Position numbers and translations under genes: made by a program | In this document: positions 11,246 through 23,800 of the stretch, one piece after another | How the letters are laid out: each line of letters begins with the position of its first letter | How positions within the stretch are numbered: the first letter of the stretch is position 1 | Notes under the pieces: model-generated | The model's input: the letters and a program-made list of their open reading frames with translations, nothing else | The model's database searches: none | Told to the model about the DNA's origin: nothing | Origin: Oculina patagonica | Taxonomy: Eukaryota | DNA: 64,000 nucleotides | Direction of reading: 5' to 3' | Assembly: GCF_052425735.1 (NCBI RefSeq) | Contig: NC_135759.1 | Coordinates: 23,188,001 to 23,252,000, forward strand

Positions 11246-11845
11246 TACTAAAAAAAACTCCAAATTTCCATATAAAAATGATTTTCTCACTACACCTTCG
11301 TGCATCATTTACAAAACGTAAATCACATCCAATGTTCTAAGTGCTCACAGCACATCAAAAAATGCCTAGAAATGATTTGATACAAAACAATAGCCTGCGT
11401 GCAGCCATCTCCTGCAGGCAGAACAAACGACTTCAATAAAACTCGGGTCTATAAAGTCATTACCTTGAAATCATACTTAGTGAACATTATCTACACGGGT
11501 GGTATATTACCTCCGTTTATACCGTTACACGTAATTTGGCTTCCAAAAATCAAAACACAATCGAGAAATTTATCCTTTTAAAAGGGCAACCATATCCCCA
11601 TATAAACAGGCCCTAAAAAGACAAACACAATGGTCCTATATCTTTGCAATTAAGGGAGTAAGGTTTTACACCCTTTTTTCCAAATTGTCACATCACCAAA
11701 AACAAAACTGTATATAGTGCTATCTATTTTAAGTTCTATTATATCTCGGATCAGATGATGATTGATCCAATCAATGTTGACTTGTAACTCCGCTTGCACG
11801 GCGTGAGACTGATATTTTGTTTTACTCGGTTTTCAAAGCCACACT

Positions 11846-14800
11846 TCATTCCACGATTAGTTCTCTCCTTCGTCGTATGTGGCTATCCAGATGCTTGGCC
11901 TGTTCCATGAAATCCGCCTCCCACACAAGTGTGTAACCAAACTCGGAGTTGGGCTTTTTCCACTCACATCCATGCCTCTCAATGAACCCCATACCCCCGG
12001 TCAACACAAGTGAAGTGGACTTAGTCGACGCAGAGCCTCGTGTGTCCGCCAGACAGCGCACAGCGGACACGTGACGGTGGAGGAGGGTCAAAGGCTTTCG
12101 CGTTGTAGGGTCTACGAGTACCACGTGACCAGTGCCCAGTCCCACCCATAGGGTCTTGTGTGACAAGAGAAGGCTGACAACGCGTGTTTCGCGTAAGTTA
12201 CCAGTATACCCGCTGTCCCTAAGAATTGTCAGACAGTCAACAGAACCAAGCAGCTTGGCTTTAGAAAAGTCCCAGCACTCAACCACTGGACTGTCTCGAG
12301 TTGAGATCCAAACAGACGTGGAGCCCACAGCGATGTTCAAAACAAGTCCCTTGGCTCTGTCCTCTACGGACCAACGACGCTCTATCTCGATATTCACGTT
12401 GTCCTTGATTCTGAGCACGACTACTTCGTTACCGCATCCACAGAACAACCTCTTCTTGCCAACAGCCATGCAGGCCAAGGGGTGCGCTCTACAATCCTCA
12501 CAGGGGGTACCCTCGATCTTGCTGTGACACAAGTCAAAAAACCTGGGCTTGGCATCTTCTGTCTTGACACAATGGGTGTCATAGACAGCTAACTGGCCAT
12601 TAGCAAGTCCTGCCAGTACAACATCCACGTCCACATTGTAGTGCCTCAGACAGAGAACCGCGTCAGGAAGCCGGGGCAGAGAGAACTGGCACTTGTGGTT
12701 CCACGCGTCAAACACCCAGATCCTACCGGACTGTGTGCCAGCCAAGACAATGTCGCTATTCACTGCTGCGATACTCTTTACTCGTCTGTCTCGGATGAAT
12801 GTACCCGTGCAGCCCTGGGGAACAAAGCACAAAAAGGTTTAGTCGAAATGCTTTTTAGTCGCAAACGTGCACGAGATTTACTTCTATTGATCTTCATCTA
12901 TGCACAGGAAGTAACTTCAAGATGAAGAACAATTGTTACTCCGTTGGTAGCAAAAAGGTGATTTATTCCGAAGGTTGTGGGTTCGAATCCCACCGAGCTT
13001 AAAAAATATTTTTTCTGCCTCATGTGATCCCCCCACATTTCCTATTACCTTACAAAAGTTAACACTCAGTACCAAATTCACTGGTTTATTTTAGCACTAA
13101 AATTGCCACAGAGTTAATTATCTAATTTTGCGTCACCAAATAATGTTATTTTGCAATATAAATATTTCTGCAACAAAACCCACATATAAAAAACAACTTT
13201 CATCAGAAATCCGTGTATTCAAAACCATCTGTTAAAACTCAATATCACTAGGGTATGGTAGCGGTTTGTAGCTGTGCTTTGTCATTGGAATCTTTTCAGG
13301 TCAGAGTTGAAAACAAATACTCTCCTTTTCTTTTGGTTCTAAGAAATTCTCACGCCATCAAAGAGTAATAATTTGTTCCTTCAAAATGTTAGGGCAACTT
13401 GACAAAAGGCTGGGAGTGAGGGGGGGGGGGGGGGGAACCCACGATGAGCAAGAATCCTTTCCAGGGGACCGAAACCAAGGTAAGTGTAAACTTATTTACC
13501 TCGACTCCCATGTCTGACAGGTCGACAATGGTGACTTGTCCACTGAGATCATCTGACTGTCCACTGCCCACCCACACCTCCAGTTTAGGTGTGTCCTTTT
13601 CAGTGAAGTGACGGACAGTCATGCACTCGACTGTCTGTCCCTTAGACACGGCGATATCACGCTTCAAACAGATCAGCTCAGGGTGACACAAGCGCGAGTA
13701 AGCCTGTCAGAAAGAACACGAAACGTTTAGAGGTGGGAGAGTCTTGAGCCTTTGTAACCAATTTTCTACCTCTTCCTCACCAATAAGGTGAAAGTTCATA
13801 TTTAATGCAAACAAGAAATACTGTAGCTAAAGAAGGTTGATCAGCATTGACCTTTTTTACTGGCTACTACGTAGACTAATAAAGATCATCAATTACGGAC
13901 AAACAGAAATTCCAGAAACAATCAGTCGAAAAGGCTCTACAAGTCTGTAACAAGTGCTATTAAAAATCCCAAATTCTCGCTAAAGAAACGTAGGTGGCTG
14001 CACGCGTTATCAGTTAACGACAGGAACAACATATACAGAAAAGAGCAGCATGGACACAGCAGGAAAGCGGCTTTTCAAACTGACAAGATGACAGGGTTCA
14101 AAATAGCAGCCGGCTGTCGGGGTAGCCGACACTTTCAAGACACTTGCCGCTACTTTTCACCAAAGAAATAGAAAACATCAGCCTTAATCGACCAACTAAA
14201 TCAAAGTCGAGAATAAACATTCAATCAGACAATAAAGCAACACAGGGCAGAAAGTGCGACCACTGATCGCTAAAGCGACCACAATTTTGGCGACAAACTC
14301 TGGTTTTACTTTTAGTCGCCAATTGCACTTTCTGTGTTAAGATGAATAACAGGCCGCCCCACCTTCTCAGGTATTGTGTCCCTCCAGAAAATTATATTAA
14401 AGATCATTTCTTCTCAAACATTCAAAATAAGAAAAGAAGTCACATTGCTCCAATCCATTCTTTTGCATTGCCGTAAAAATGACACCGGAAACATATGGCC
14501 GACGGGAAACGCCCCAGAATGCATCTGGTACATCATGATGCAGATGGAGGTAAATGCATAGCTCTCTAACAGCCGGAAAAAATGAGCCTTGACAAAAAGA
14601 GCCGACAAATTCAGGCTAAAAACGAAAATTTTATTTTGAACCCTGAAGATGAAAAGAATATATCATAAAACTCCTAATTACATTTATTCGTTTATGGGCT
14701 AAGGCCAGTTTTTTCTGTCTTTTTCTCATAAAGATTGTATTGGACCTCTTTTACCTGGATATTAAATATTGCACTTGTTGCCACTAGAACTGTCTGGTTG

Positions 14801-17800
14801 CTTAACAGTGGCGTAGCACAAGAGATTGTTATTATTGTTGTGTTTTTTTTTAAAGAAAAAAATTTACTTCACCTGTTCAGCTGTAACTCTTCTATGCGGT
14901 TGAGGCTCAAGAGCATGCGCAATAAGATCCGCAAGGTCAGGCCACGGAGGGCAGTCTGATGACGTAATAGGGTCCAGCGCTCGTCCTTTCAACACAGCCG
15001 CGTCCAGCTCGTGCCGGAAGCGCAAGTCTTCAAACGGTTTGGTTCCGCCGGTCACCAGCTCATAAAGGAACATGCCAAACGAGTACATATCAACTTCCAT
15101 GTTGTAGGCGATGTCGCCTCGGGCAATTTCGGGTGCTCGATAGCCTGGCGTACCCTCAGTGGCGGTCAAGCCGCAGCGAGTGGCGTACCGGGCGATGCCG
15201 TAATCAGAGATCTTGGCGTTGATGAGGTTGGCGAGGGAAAGGGAGAAGATAAGGATGTTATGGGGTTTGAGATCACGGTACACAATCATGTGATGGTGCA
15301 AGAACGCTAAACCTTCTGCAACCTAAAGAAAAGAAGTACAAATTTGTGAGCTCAGATTTTGAGGCCACTCGTTGAGAAATGGCTAAATAATTTTACAACT
15401 ATGTCTGCATGTGTTCGTCAACTTAAGGCATGCTTTTGAGCGTAACATTACGACTCTGTGCAACTTTGGCTTCGTATATCTCCATCTTTTCAACAGTACT
15501 CTTTATCTCATATTTATATGCAGTCAGGGGAACACTGATCATTAATTCACGTAGAGATAAAGAGTTTTCGTGAAGATGATTTTTTCAGTCAACAATGACA
15601 CGAGCATGCTCAGTCATCCCGGTATCTGGGAGACCATGTTCGAATTTTTCTTTGTTCCATGCTCGTGTCATTGTTGAAAAAAAAACATCTTCATTATTTA
15701 TCACCGAGCTTAAAATTGACCATCTTGTTTTTTACTACAAAGAGTTTCATGTAATCAGAACGTGGCAGTTACGTCTGCATGACGTCACAGAGCTACGTCA
15801 CGTTACTTAGCAACACTGAAGAAAATCACAGGCTTGGTCTATTACAGATAACGAGGCTCGCTCGTCCCGTTGGCTTGTAATAGAATTTAAAAGGATTGGA
15901 AGTTGCTTCTGCGCACCTGTAAGGCGATTCTGTGTTGAATTCCTCTGCTCAGCGCCTGCCCGCTGTTTAGAAGCGTGCTCAGTGATCCCAGCGGAGCCAA
16001 CTCCATTATCAGAGCCCACGGTTTCACGCATGCGCCCACCATAGAAATAATGCTCAGATGACGTAGCTTTCGTAAGAACATGACTTCCTGGCGCAGTAAG
16101 GTGTGAGGATTGCACTCACTTCCGGAATGAAACACCTGTACGAAAACAAAACGGCCTACTATTAGCTTAGTAAATAAAGAAAAAATAATAATTTGTAAGC
16201 TCGTTAGCGAAAAAAAGATGTATAAATCATCATGCCATGAGCGTGGTATAAGGAAAATCTGAGTCCCCGACGGGAATCGAACCCATGGCCTCCCAAACAC
16301 ACGACGGGCGCTCTTTCCACTGAGCTACGGAGAGTCTCTTGGTGAACCAGGCCATTTACTAAGTTTAAACGTGACACGCATCCGACATACTGCTAGGATC
16401 AGCAATGTCGAGAGAGTACTGTATGGCGATAGATAAAGAAAAGATAGTAAATTAATATTTTTTTTTTCTTTCAAGGTGAACACATAGCGAGTTCCGAAAT
16501 TTAACTGAAGCACCACAATCACAAACCTTAGCGGCAACGGACTTTCCATGATAACAGGCCCTGTACACTGCTCCATAGCTGCCGTCTCCAAGCAACGAGG
16601 TACGCGTGACATTGAGAACCAATTTACTCTCCTCAATTCTGAACTGTTCGCCGACATCTTCCATGATCACATCAGGCGCTATCTGTCGCAGGGACACCAG
16701 CAGTTTCGTGTTGGGACACATGATGTATTCATTGTCACTCGCCTTAGCTATGGTGTCAAGGGGGAAGGTGTGAGCATCGTCTCCCTTGCACACTGGACAG
16801 ACGGCCTGCTTCCTGACAAGAGGTTGCCCTTCCTGTGGATCCACTCCACCTAAACAGAAGAGATTCACATGTCATTACAAACACAGCCTGGTACCCATTG
16901 TATCTGTGAGCTGATATCAGGAGTACACGCTGCTTTTGGGAGCGAAGACAGAATAGTCCAGGGATCATTAGCGTGCAAAATTTTATGGTACACGGTAGTG
17001 CACGGCGTATGCTATATCTGCAGCTGGACCGGAGGGAATGAGCCGCGTTCAGCGGCAGAAATGGATCCTATAAGTCCCACTCCTGCCTGGCTCGTGAAAA
17101 AAGCTTTGCAGTGGGGAAAACAGTTAAAAAGGAACAACACGGAGATGGAGAGTGAGCCAAGCTGAGAAAACACTGCTCGTTCTTTACCCATTACATAGCC
17201 TGTTCGCAGACTAACAGCGATTCTTGCCCAGGAAGCACATACAGTACGTAATTTCACAAGGGACTTTCCACAAGAGAGATTTCATCGACATAGTAGTGTA
17301 GATGCTGGTAATTTACTATGCAAGTAGTGATCTGAAACACTTACACAAGTCTGGAAACCATTCCTCTAGCAGTGTATCCAAATGATCCACCACATGAGCT
17401 AGAATTCTAGCTCCATGCTTTGTACTAGGCGTTGTAATCACCACGGTGTCTGCACTGGGATTGGTCAAACCGTGTGAGATTACAAAGAATGCTTGCTCTG
17501 TCCAGAAGACAAAAATCCCTTCGTTCCACTGTTGGACTTGTGGTTCACGAGGGCTCTCCAGTTGAGCTCTGTGGTCCATGTATAAGTTCACCACAAACGT
17601 TTGCACCCGGGTTATGAGACGAGGCCACAGACTGGGCGGTAGATAAGCCAGGCTGTACACACGGTTCACAAACACGTTACGTCCCGGGTTTGGGATCTTG
17701 ATCGAGGGCTGTTTGTTGCTGAGCAAAGATGGTAAAAGATACTTGTCGTCTCTCAGCGGGAGTGCAATACAGTAGTGTCCGAGTAGCCTGTAAAGCAAGA

Positions 17801-20800
17801 AAAACTTCACTCGCACCAAGTTCAAACTGGCACAATTAAAAACAGAACGCTAACGACCTAGTCTAACTACGCTGCGCTTGAAATGTGTTTGCCAGGTGAT
17901 GAGCTGAACACATTCACATGGCGGGTAAGAAGGATGCCAAACCTGTGGAACATAAGGACACCCGAAAGAGTGATATTGGATTCTACTGACATATAGATTA
18001 CAGGGCCATAACGAGACTTTTGCCATAGACGAGGCAAGAATTTGTTGGGGGTTCTGGGGGCAAACCCTCCAGAAACATTTTTAAAATCTAGAAGCTCCGA
18101 AACTCTTTTAGAGACGTTTTTCATGACGCATTTCTTGAGAAAACTCAATCTTGTTCAACTGCGCATTATTGCGCATATTGGGCAAAAATCTAGACGAGGC
18201 AAGTGCCTCGTCTTGCCTCTTGCTAGTTACGGCCCTGGATTAGATCGATTATAAAAGAAAGCTCACGCATGCATTCACTTATGGGAGGTGGCGGCAATGA
18301 CGCTTTTAAGCGACTGTGTCACGGCTAAGTTAATTTCATGTTCTCAAATTTTGCCATAAATGTTTGCAAAGAAATTAATTCTATGATTCTAAATGACAAA
18401 ACTATAGCTTCCTTGCAGCCAAATGTGTCTTCCGGGCGTAATAATTAAAAGTTACGAGCAGAAAAGATTAACTTTGAAAACTGTTCCGACGGACCATTTT
18501 TCAAAAACCCATATCCCAATCCGTTTCAACTTAGTCAATTTTGGCTATCTGTACATGTACCTTCTTTTGCATTTGGTGTGTTATTTAAATATTCCTTCAC
18601 TGTTTTAAGAGGTTATTCTATATATTTAAACGAATTTGATGGTCATTTCCTAGGTTTGGCTAAAATCTGTGACACAATCCCTTTAACTTTTATCTGTAAA
18701 TTGACTCATGATGCCTAGTTTATAGAAAAGAACGGAAACCAATAAATTTATCAACAGAAGGCACCAGTAGTTGCGACAGACATCTTACTTTAATATCTGT
18801 GGCATGAGATCTGAAGTCAGGTTGACTACACCACTTCCATCACGGACCAATTTCTCAAGTTCCTCCAATCCAAGGATGCCATTGCTGTTCTTACTGTCCT
18901 TCCTTGTCGTCAAATGAGCAAACAAATGGAAAACCCACTTGGGATCAACAAATAGGAGATCGTTCAACTGGCACGCTGGATCATCCACATGGATGAGTAC
19001 TCCTAAAGGAAAACAACAGAACAAATATATGATGGGATGGACCCTTATTGAAGTTATGTACATGTACCTCTGGACGTTTTCAGTAGAGAAGTACACATTT
19101 TAGACATTTACGAGCAATAATGTAATTTTATGAGGCACAAACAGTAGAAAATTGATATCACAGTATAAGAAGTCATTGCCATTTTCGAGATGGCTGCTGT
19201 AGGAGGTTTAATAACAAAAATCTGTGGCTGTGGGACACAAATTCTGGATCAGAAAGCAGCTCTAGCAAGGTCTAACATGAATGGATCGCTGCTCTTTGAG
19301 AGAACAACCGAACATACAACAGGAACAATGTTCCTAGCCCTAACAAGCAATAATAAGCTGCTAAACTATTGAAAAACTCCCTGTTATAGAGTGAGAGATG
19401 GTCGTTATAGTGGAGGGTTGACTGTATGTCATGCAACATGAAGTTGAAGTTAAACTAATGATTCACAGAAGGACATGCAGTAAGGGTACCTTACCTGCTT
19501 CACTCATGAACCTAATGGCTTGTTCAACCTCAGTATCATCCATGAGTATTTCATTATCTAGGATGAGCTTTCGGATGTTGGCCATTCTCAGGATTCTTGG
19601 TGACTCCTGTCCTTTGGTGAGTACATGATGCATGATCAGCTCCTGTAGACGTACAAAGTTCTGTGGCACTCTAGGACCAACCAATGAATGACCTTTGCAC
19701 TTGCATCTTGTAATCAACTGCATGATCCGGTGGCGGAGCGATTTCACTCCCGAGGTCTCTTGAGTGCAGTCGAGGACCACATGGCTCTTGACCTGGGGGA
19801 AGCCAGCACCAGCACACATGCTAAGGGCTCTTACCTTGATCTCCTCGAGTAAACCAGTGACCTGGTCCTTCGGCACCTTATCCTTATGTGTACCCACAAG
19901 CATGATGGATGCCTCTGGTGCACAGGCATGAATGTTGAGGAGCCAGGGTTTGAGAGCATCTATCTCGCTGGTGCCTTTGCTTACATCATAGACTGCCAGA
20001 AACAATGTCCTTGATGACAGGAGGCACTGATAAGCACTGTACAAGTCATTACGTCCTTTGAGATCCCATGTGCTGATGACATAGTTCACGCTCTTGCGGT
20101 GGCACACCTTGCACTCGGCTTTGGTGTCTCTGACACACCATTCTCTCATCATAACATCGTGGTGTGGTCCTGTAGCAACGTCTTCCTGCAGCTGGTTCAG
20201 CAAGGTTGTCTTTCCGCATCCTGCCTGACCAACAGCAACTAGCTTCATGCGATAGTAAGGCACAGAATTCTTGAGCCTGGAGTGCAAGAATCCTATGAGC
20301 TCCTGGGCTCTGCTTTCCAGAATGGCTGAATCCAGATCAAGCTTGAGACCATACAGCTGCAGGTCCCATAGACTGGACAAACCTCCCATCTCATCTGGCA
20401 AGTGCGTGATACCAGTGTTGCGACTCAAGTTAAGGGAAGTCAGGGATTTCAACTCACCGATTCTATTTGGTACTTGCTTCAGACAGTTGTCGCTCAAATT
20501 CAGTCTTTCCAAGTGTGCCCAACTCTCTACACCCTCCAAGGAGAGCTTTTTTATCTTGTTATCAGCTAGAACAAGCTCTTTCAGTTGCTGCGTAGACCAG
20601 GAAATGGGAGGAGGGATGTCCTCCAGATTATTACTGGAAAGGTCCAAAATTTTCACGTTGGGAAGTGTGAGAAGAAATCGAGGGATTGAAAATTGTTTCT
20701 TTGAAGATTTCTCTCCAAGATTATTCTTGTTCAACCGAACTGTCTTCAAATTTGTCAAGGAAGGGGCGACTGCTTCAGGCAATGTTGTCAGGCAATTGTT

Positions 20801-23800
20801 TGAAGCCAAAAGCATCTCCAGAGCAAAACATTTTGAAATGAATTCATGTGGAATCTCTGTGAGCTGGTTATTTGACAAGTCTAGCGTTTTCAGACGCGGC
20901 AGTTTCAAAGCAGTATCTGGCAGCTTCTTCATGTTATTGCCAACCACATAAAGGCTTGTTAAGGCTGGAAATAAAGGCCCAATCCACTCTGGAAAGCAGC
21001 TTTCCTCGTTGTGCGACAAATTCAAGTGCTCAAGCATGTCACTACTCCCCACAGACTTCGGTTGAGGACAGGACATCTTTATCTTGTTGTGTGACAAGTT
21101 TAGGACTTTTACCCTAGTCTGGATAAAGGCGTAAGGAAAACTCGAAAACTCATTGTGACTCAGATTCACATACGTTAGATCAGGCATTGCATCACTAAGT
21201 AATGACGGCGGAAAAGATGACAAGTGATTGTGACTCAGGTCGAGCTTCTCGACTTTTGCCAAATATGCAAGAAAGTGAGGAGATGCTTCTGCCAGTGCTT
21301 GCAGATTTGAGATGTTGTTGCTGGAAGCATCAATTAAACGCACTGTCGCATTTGCAGAGATGGCTCTGGTAGACTGCCTTCGCTTTCGTCTTGAAGCAAA
21401 GGACTCGAATGTCTTTGCACTTGTGCCTCTTCTGTCTGAACGCTCTGCACATTGGTCGAACAATCTCCCACTGTCATACTCACTACAAGCACTCATGGAC
21501 CGTACTCTGTAACCTTGTTGCTGAACCTCCCAACTGTACACATAGCTACGATTAGGCATTTTAAACACACCGGGCAGCTGTACATCTTCTTCAGATTCTG
21601 TTATTCCACTAACCTGTTCAGGGTCAGTGCAGGGTAGTGGCGAGACTTTGCCAGTATAGCAAGAGGCTTCTAGGCTGGTAAAGGGAGGATTTATGTCACT
21701 GGCTGCACGCCTCTTCAACATTGGTCGCTGACGCTCAGGCAGGTGCTCTTCAAAGGATCGCCTGTGTGCACTCCTGGGTAAAATGACGCAGTTCCTGTCT
21801 GAGAAAGGAGACACAACACGAGGATCATGTGAGCTGTAAGGGAAGGCAGCTCCACTAATGCTACGAGCCCGTAATGGTGATTCCTCAGTTAACTCGGGAC
21901 CATTCAAGTCAATGTCGGAGTCAGAGTCTGACTCATTGAGTGACTCAAGTTCAAGGACCACTGATGTATCTGTGTCAGAAGTGATGCTTGTGTCATCCTG
22001 CCATCCAAAGCTACCATCCAAAGACTTGTTTAAGGTTGATTCACTTCCTCTTCTTCTCAGGCGATTATTCAGTGTGGTTCTTAGTTGCGTCGTTCTTGCT
22101 GCATCGTCAAGGAATTCAGACCATCCAACACCAAGGACTGGTGGAGAGTACTTATTACCAGCCAGAGAAGGTGACATCCATTCCGGGAGCAAATCACCCA
22201 AATTAAGGTTACTGAATGCAATGATACCAGCTTCTTTATCATGGCCAAGATGCTGCAAAAGCAGTCCCACAATGTTACTATAACCCATCTCAAGAGAGAG
22301 CCTTAGTGCACTCTGAATGTCTGTAATTCCCTGAGTGAGAAGGAACTTGACCATTTCTTCCTTGCCATTCTGGCAAGCACGGCAAAGTGGTGTGTTCTCC
22401 CCATGACCGGCATTGACATCTGCACCCTTCTTTATCAGACAGTCGGCACCTTTAAGAAGGCCTCCAGCACATGCTGACAACAGCATGGATGTCTTCAGAT
22501 TTCGTTCCCAACCGAGATACCGGATGCATTCGCTGGCCAGAAACACTAGCTCTGCTTCTTCAGCAAAGTTCTCCATTATGAAGAAAAGTCTTTCATGTGC
22601 ACAGTTGTTTACCAAAATTGTACTCTTTCCCTCATCTATTTGAGCAATAACAAGCATAGCCACACAGCCTTCTGCTTGGACACCTCTATCGTCTGGAAAC
22701 CGACACATGGCCTGGATGACGGCTGACACTGCCATTTGACAATGATCATCAGACAACAAGGGTGCCAGCACTTGAATAAGAATGCATCCTTTTTGTTGTA
22801 TAGCAGGTTCTGACTCGTGTCTGGTCATTGCATTAAAAATGGTCTTCACACCACCATGATCTGCGCTTTCACAAACTAAGAGATCTGGAATTTCTTCTGC
22901 AGCAGTAAGCACACCTGAAATGTCATGCCAAGGACAATCCATTAATCATTTTTTAAACAAAATTAGTTTCTAAAAGATACTTATAAAATTATTTCTTTGA
23001 ATCAAGTGACTCCACGAGTGTCCTTGAGGATTTGTTTTGTTTCTTTTAGGTTGGGGTCAGTACCATACATAAATGGCGATTCTAGTATTTTATTGGGTTT
23101 ACATGAACATGGCCTAATAGTTAGAGCATCCAATTTGTGAACAGAAGTGAATGGGTTCGCTTCCCGTCTCGAATTCAGATTTTACTTTGTCCCACGCTCA
23201 TGACAAAAGAAAACTAAATCTTTCTCATTAGATAAACATTATTTCTGGGGAAACAAAAACATTATTTCCTTGTGTTCAACTTTTTTTCTTTGAGCAACTT
23301 CCACTCCCCACTTCCACCCTCCAAGGCAGCTTGTAAACACCAAAAAAGACATATAAATACTCACCCAAAGCCTCTAATGAGATCTCTGCCAGGGACATCT
23401 GGTCTGGAAAGTTGCTCATGGCATTCAGAATCATGCTATGAATTCCCTCAACAGCACTTTGATGCCAGACAAGCTCAACATCTGTTGCCAAGCAAGCGAT
23501 CAAGGCTATCGCTTCTTCTTGGACACCAATGTGATCTGCAAATCTACACAGTCAAAAAATTAACTTAATAAGACTTCTTTTTCTAATGTTTAATGTTACA
23601 TGTATGAACGTTCTTTATAAAGAAAGCTATCATCTGTAGATGCATTCGTGAATGTTGCATTTAATAAAGCCACATAATCATGCATTGTTAGAACTGCTCA
23701 ACAGCTATCTACATGCAGCCTTCACTTTCAACATTTTGTTATTAAATGAAACAAAAATTAAGTGTGCAAACAGGGATGTTTAAAAGCAGGGCTGCAAATA

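Noticed and set aside
12935-13010. Possible tRNA gene (GGTTCGAATCCC)
   Set aside because: No cloverleaf pairing. It is a tRNA-derived repeat fragment, as are the similar motifs near 16275 and 23150.
13411-13435. Poly-G runs (also 36698-36712 and 41223-41239) as G-quadruplex regulators
   Set aside because: Simple homopolymers are common in these repeats and unreliable in length. Nothing points to function.
20271-22643. Long plus-strand ORFs (20271-20951, 21858-22283 and others) opposite LRRK2 exon 6
   Set aside because: Antisense shadows of a long coding exon, with no recognisable domain or splice structure.
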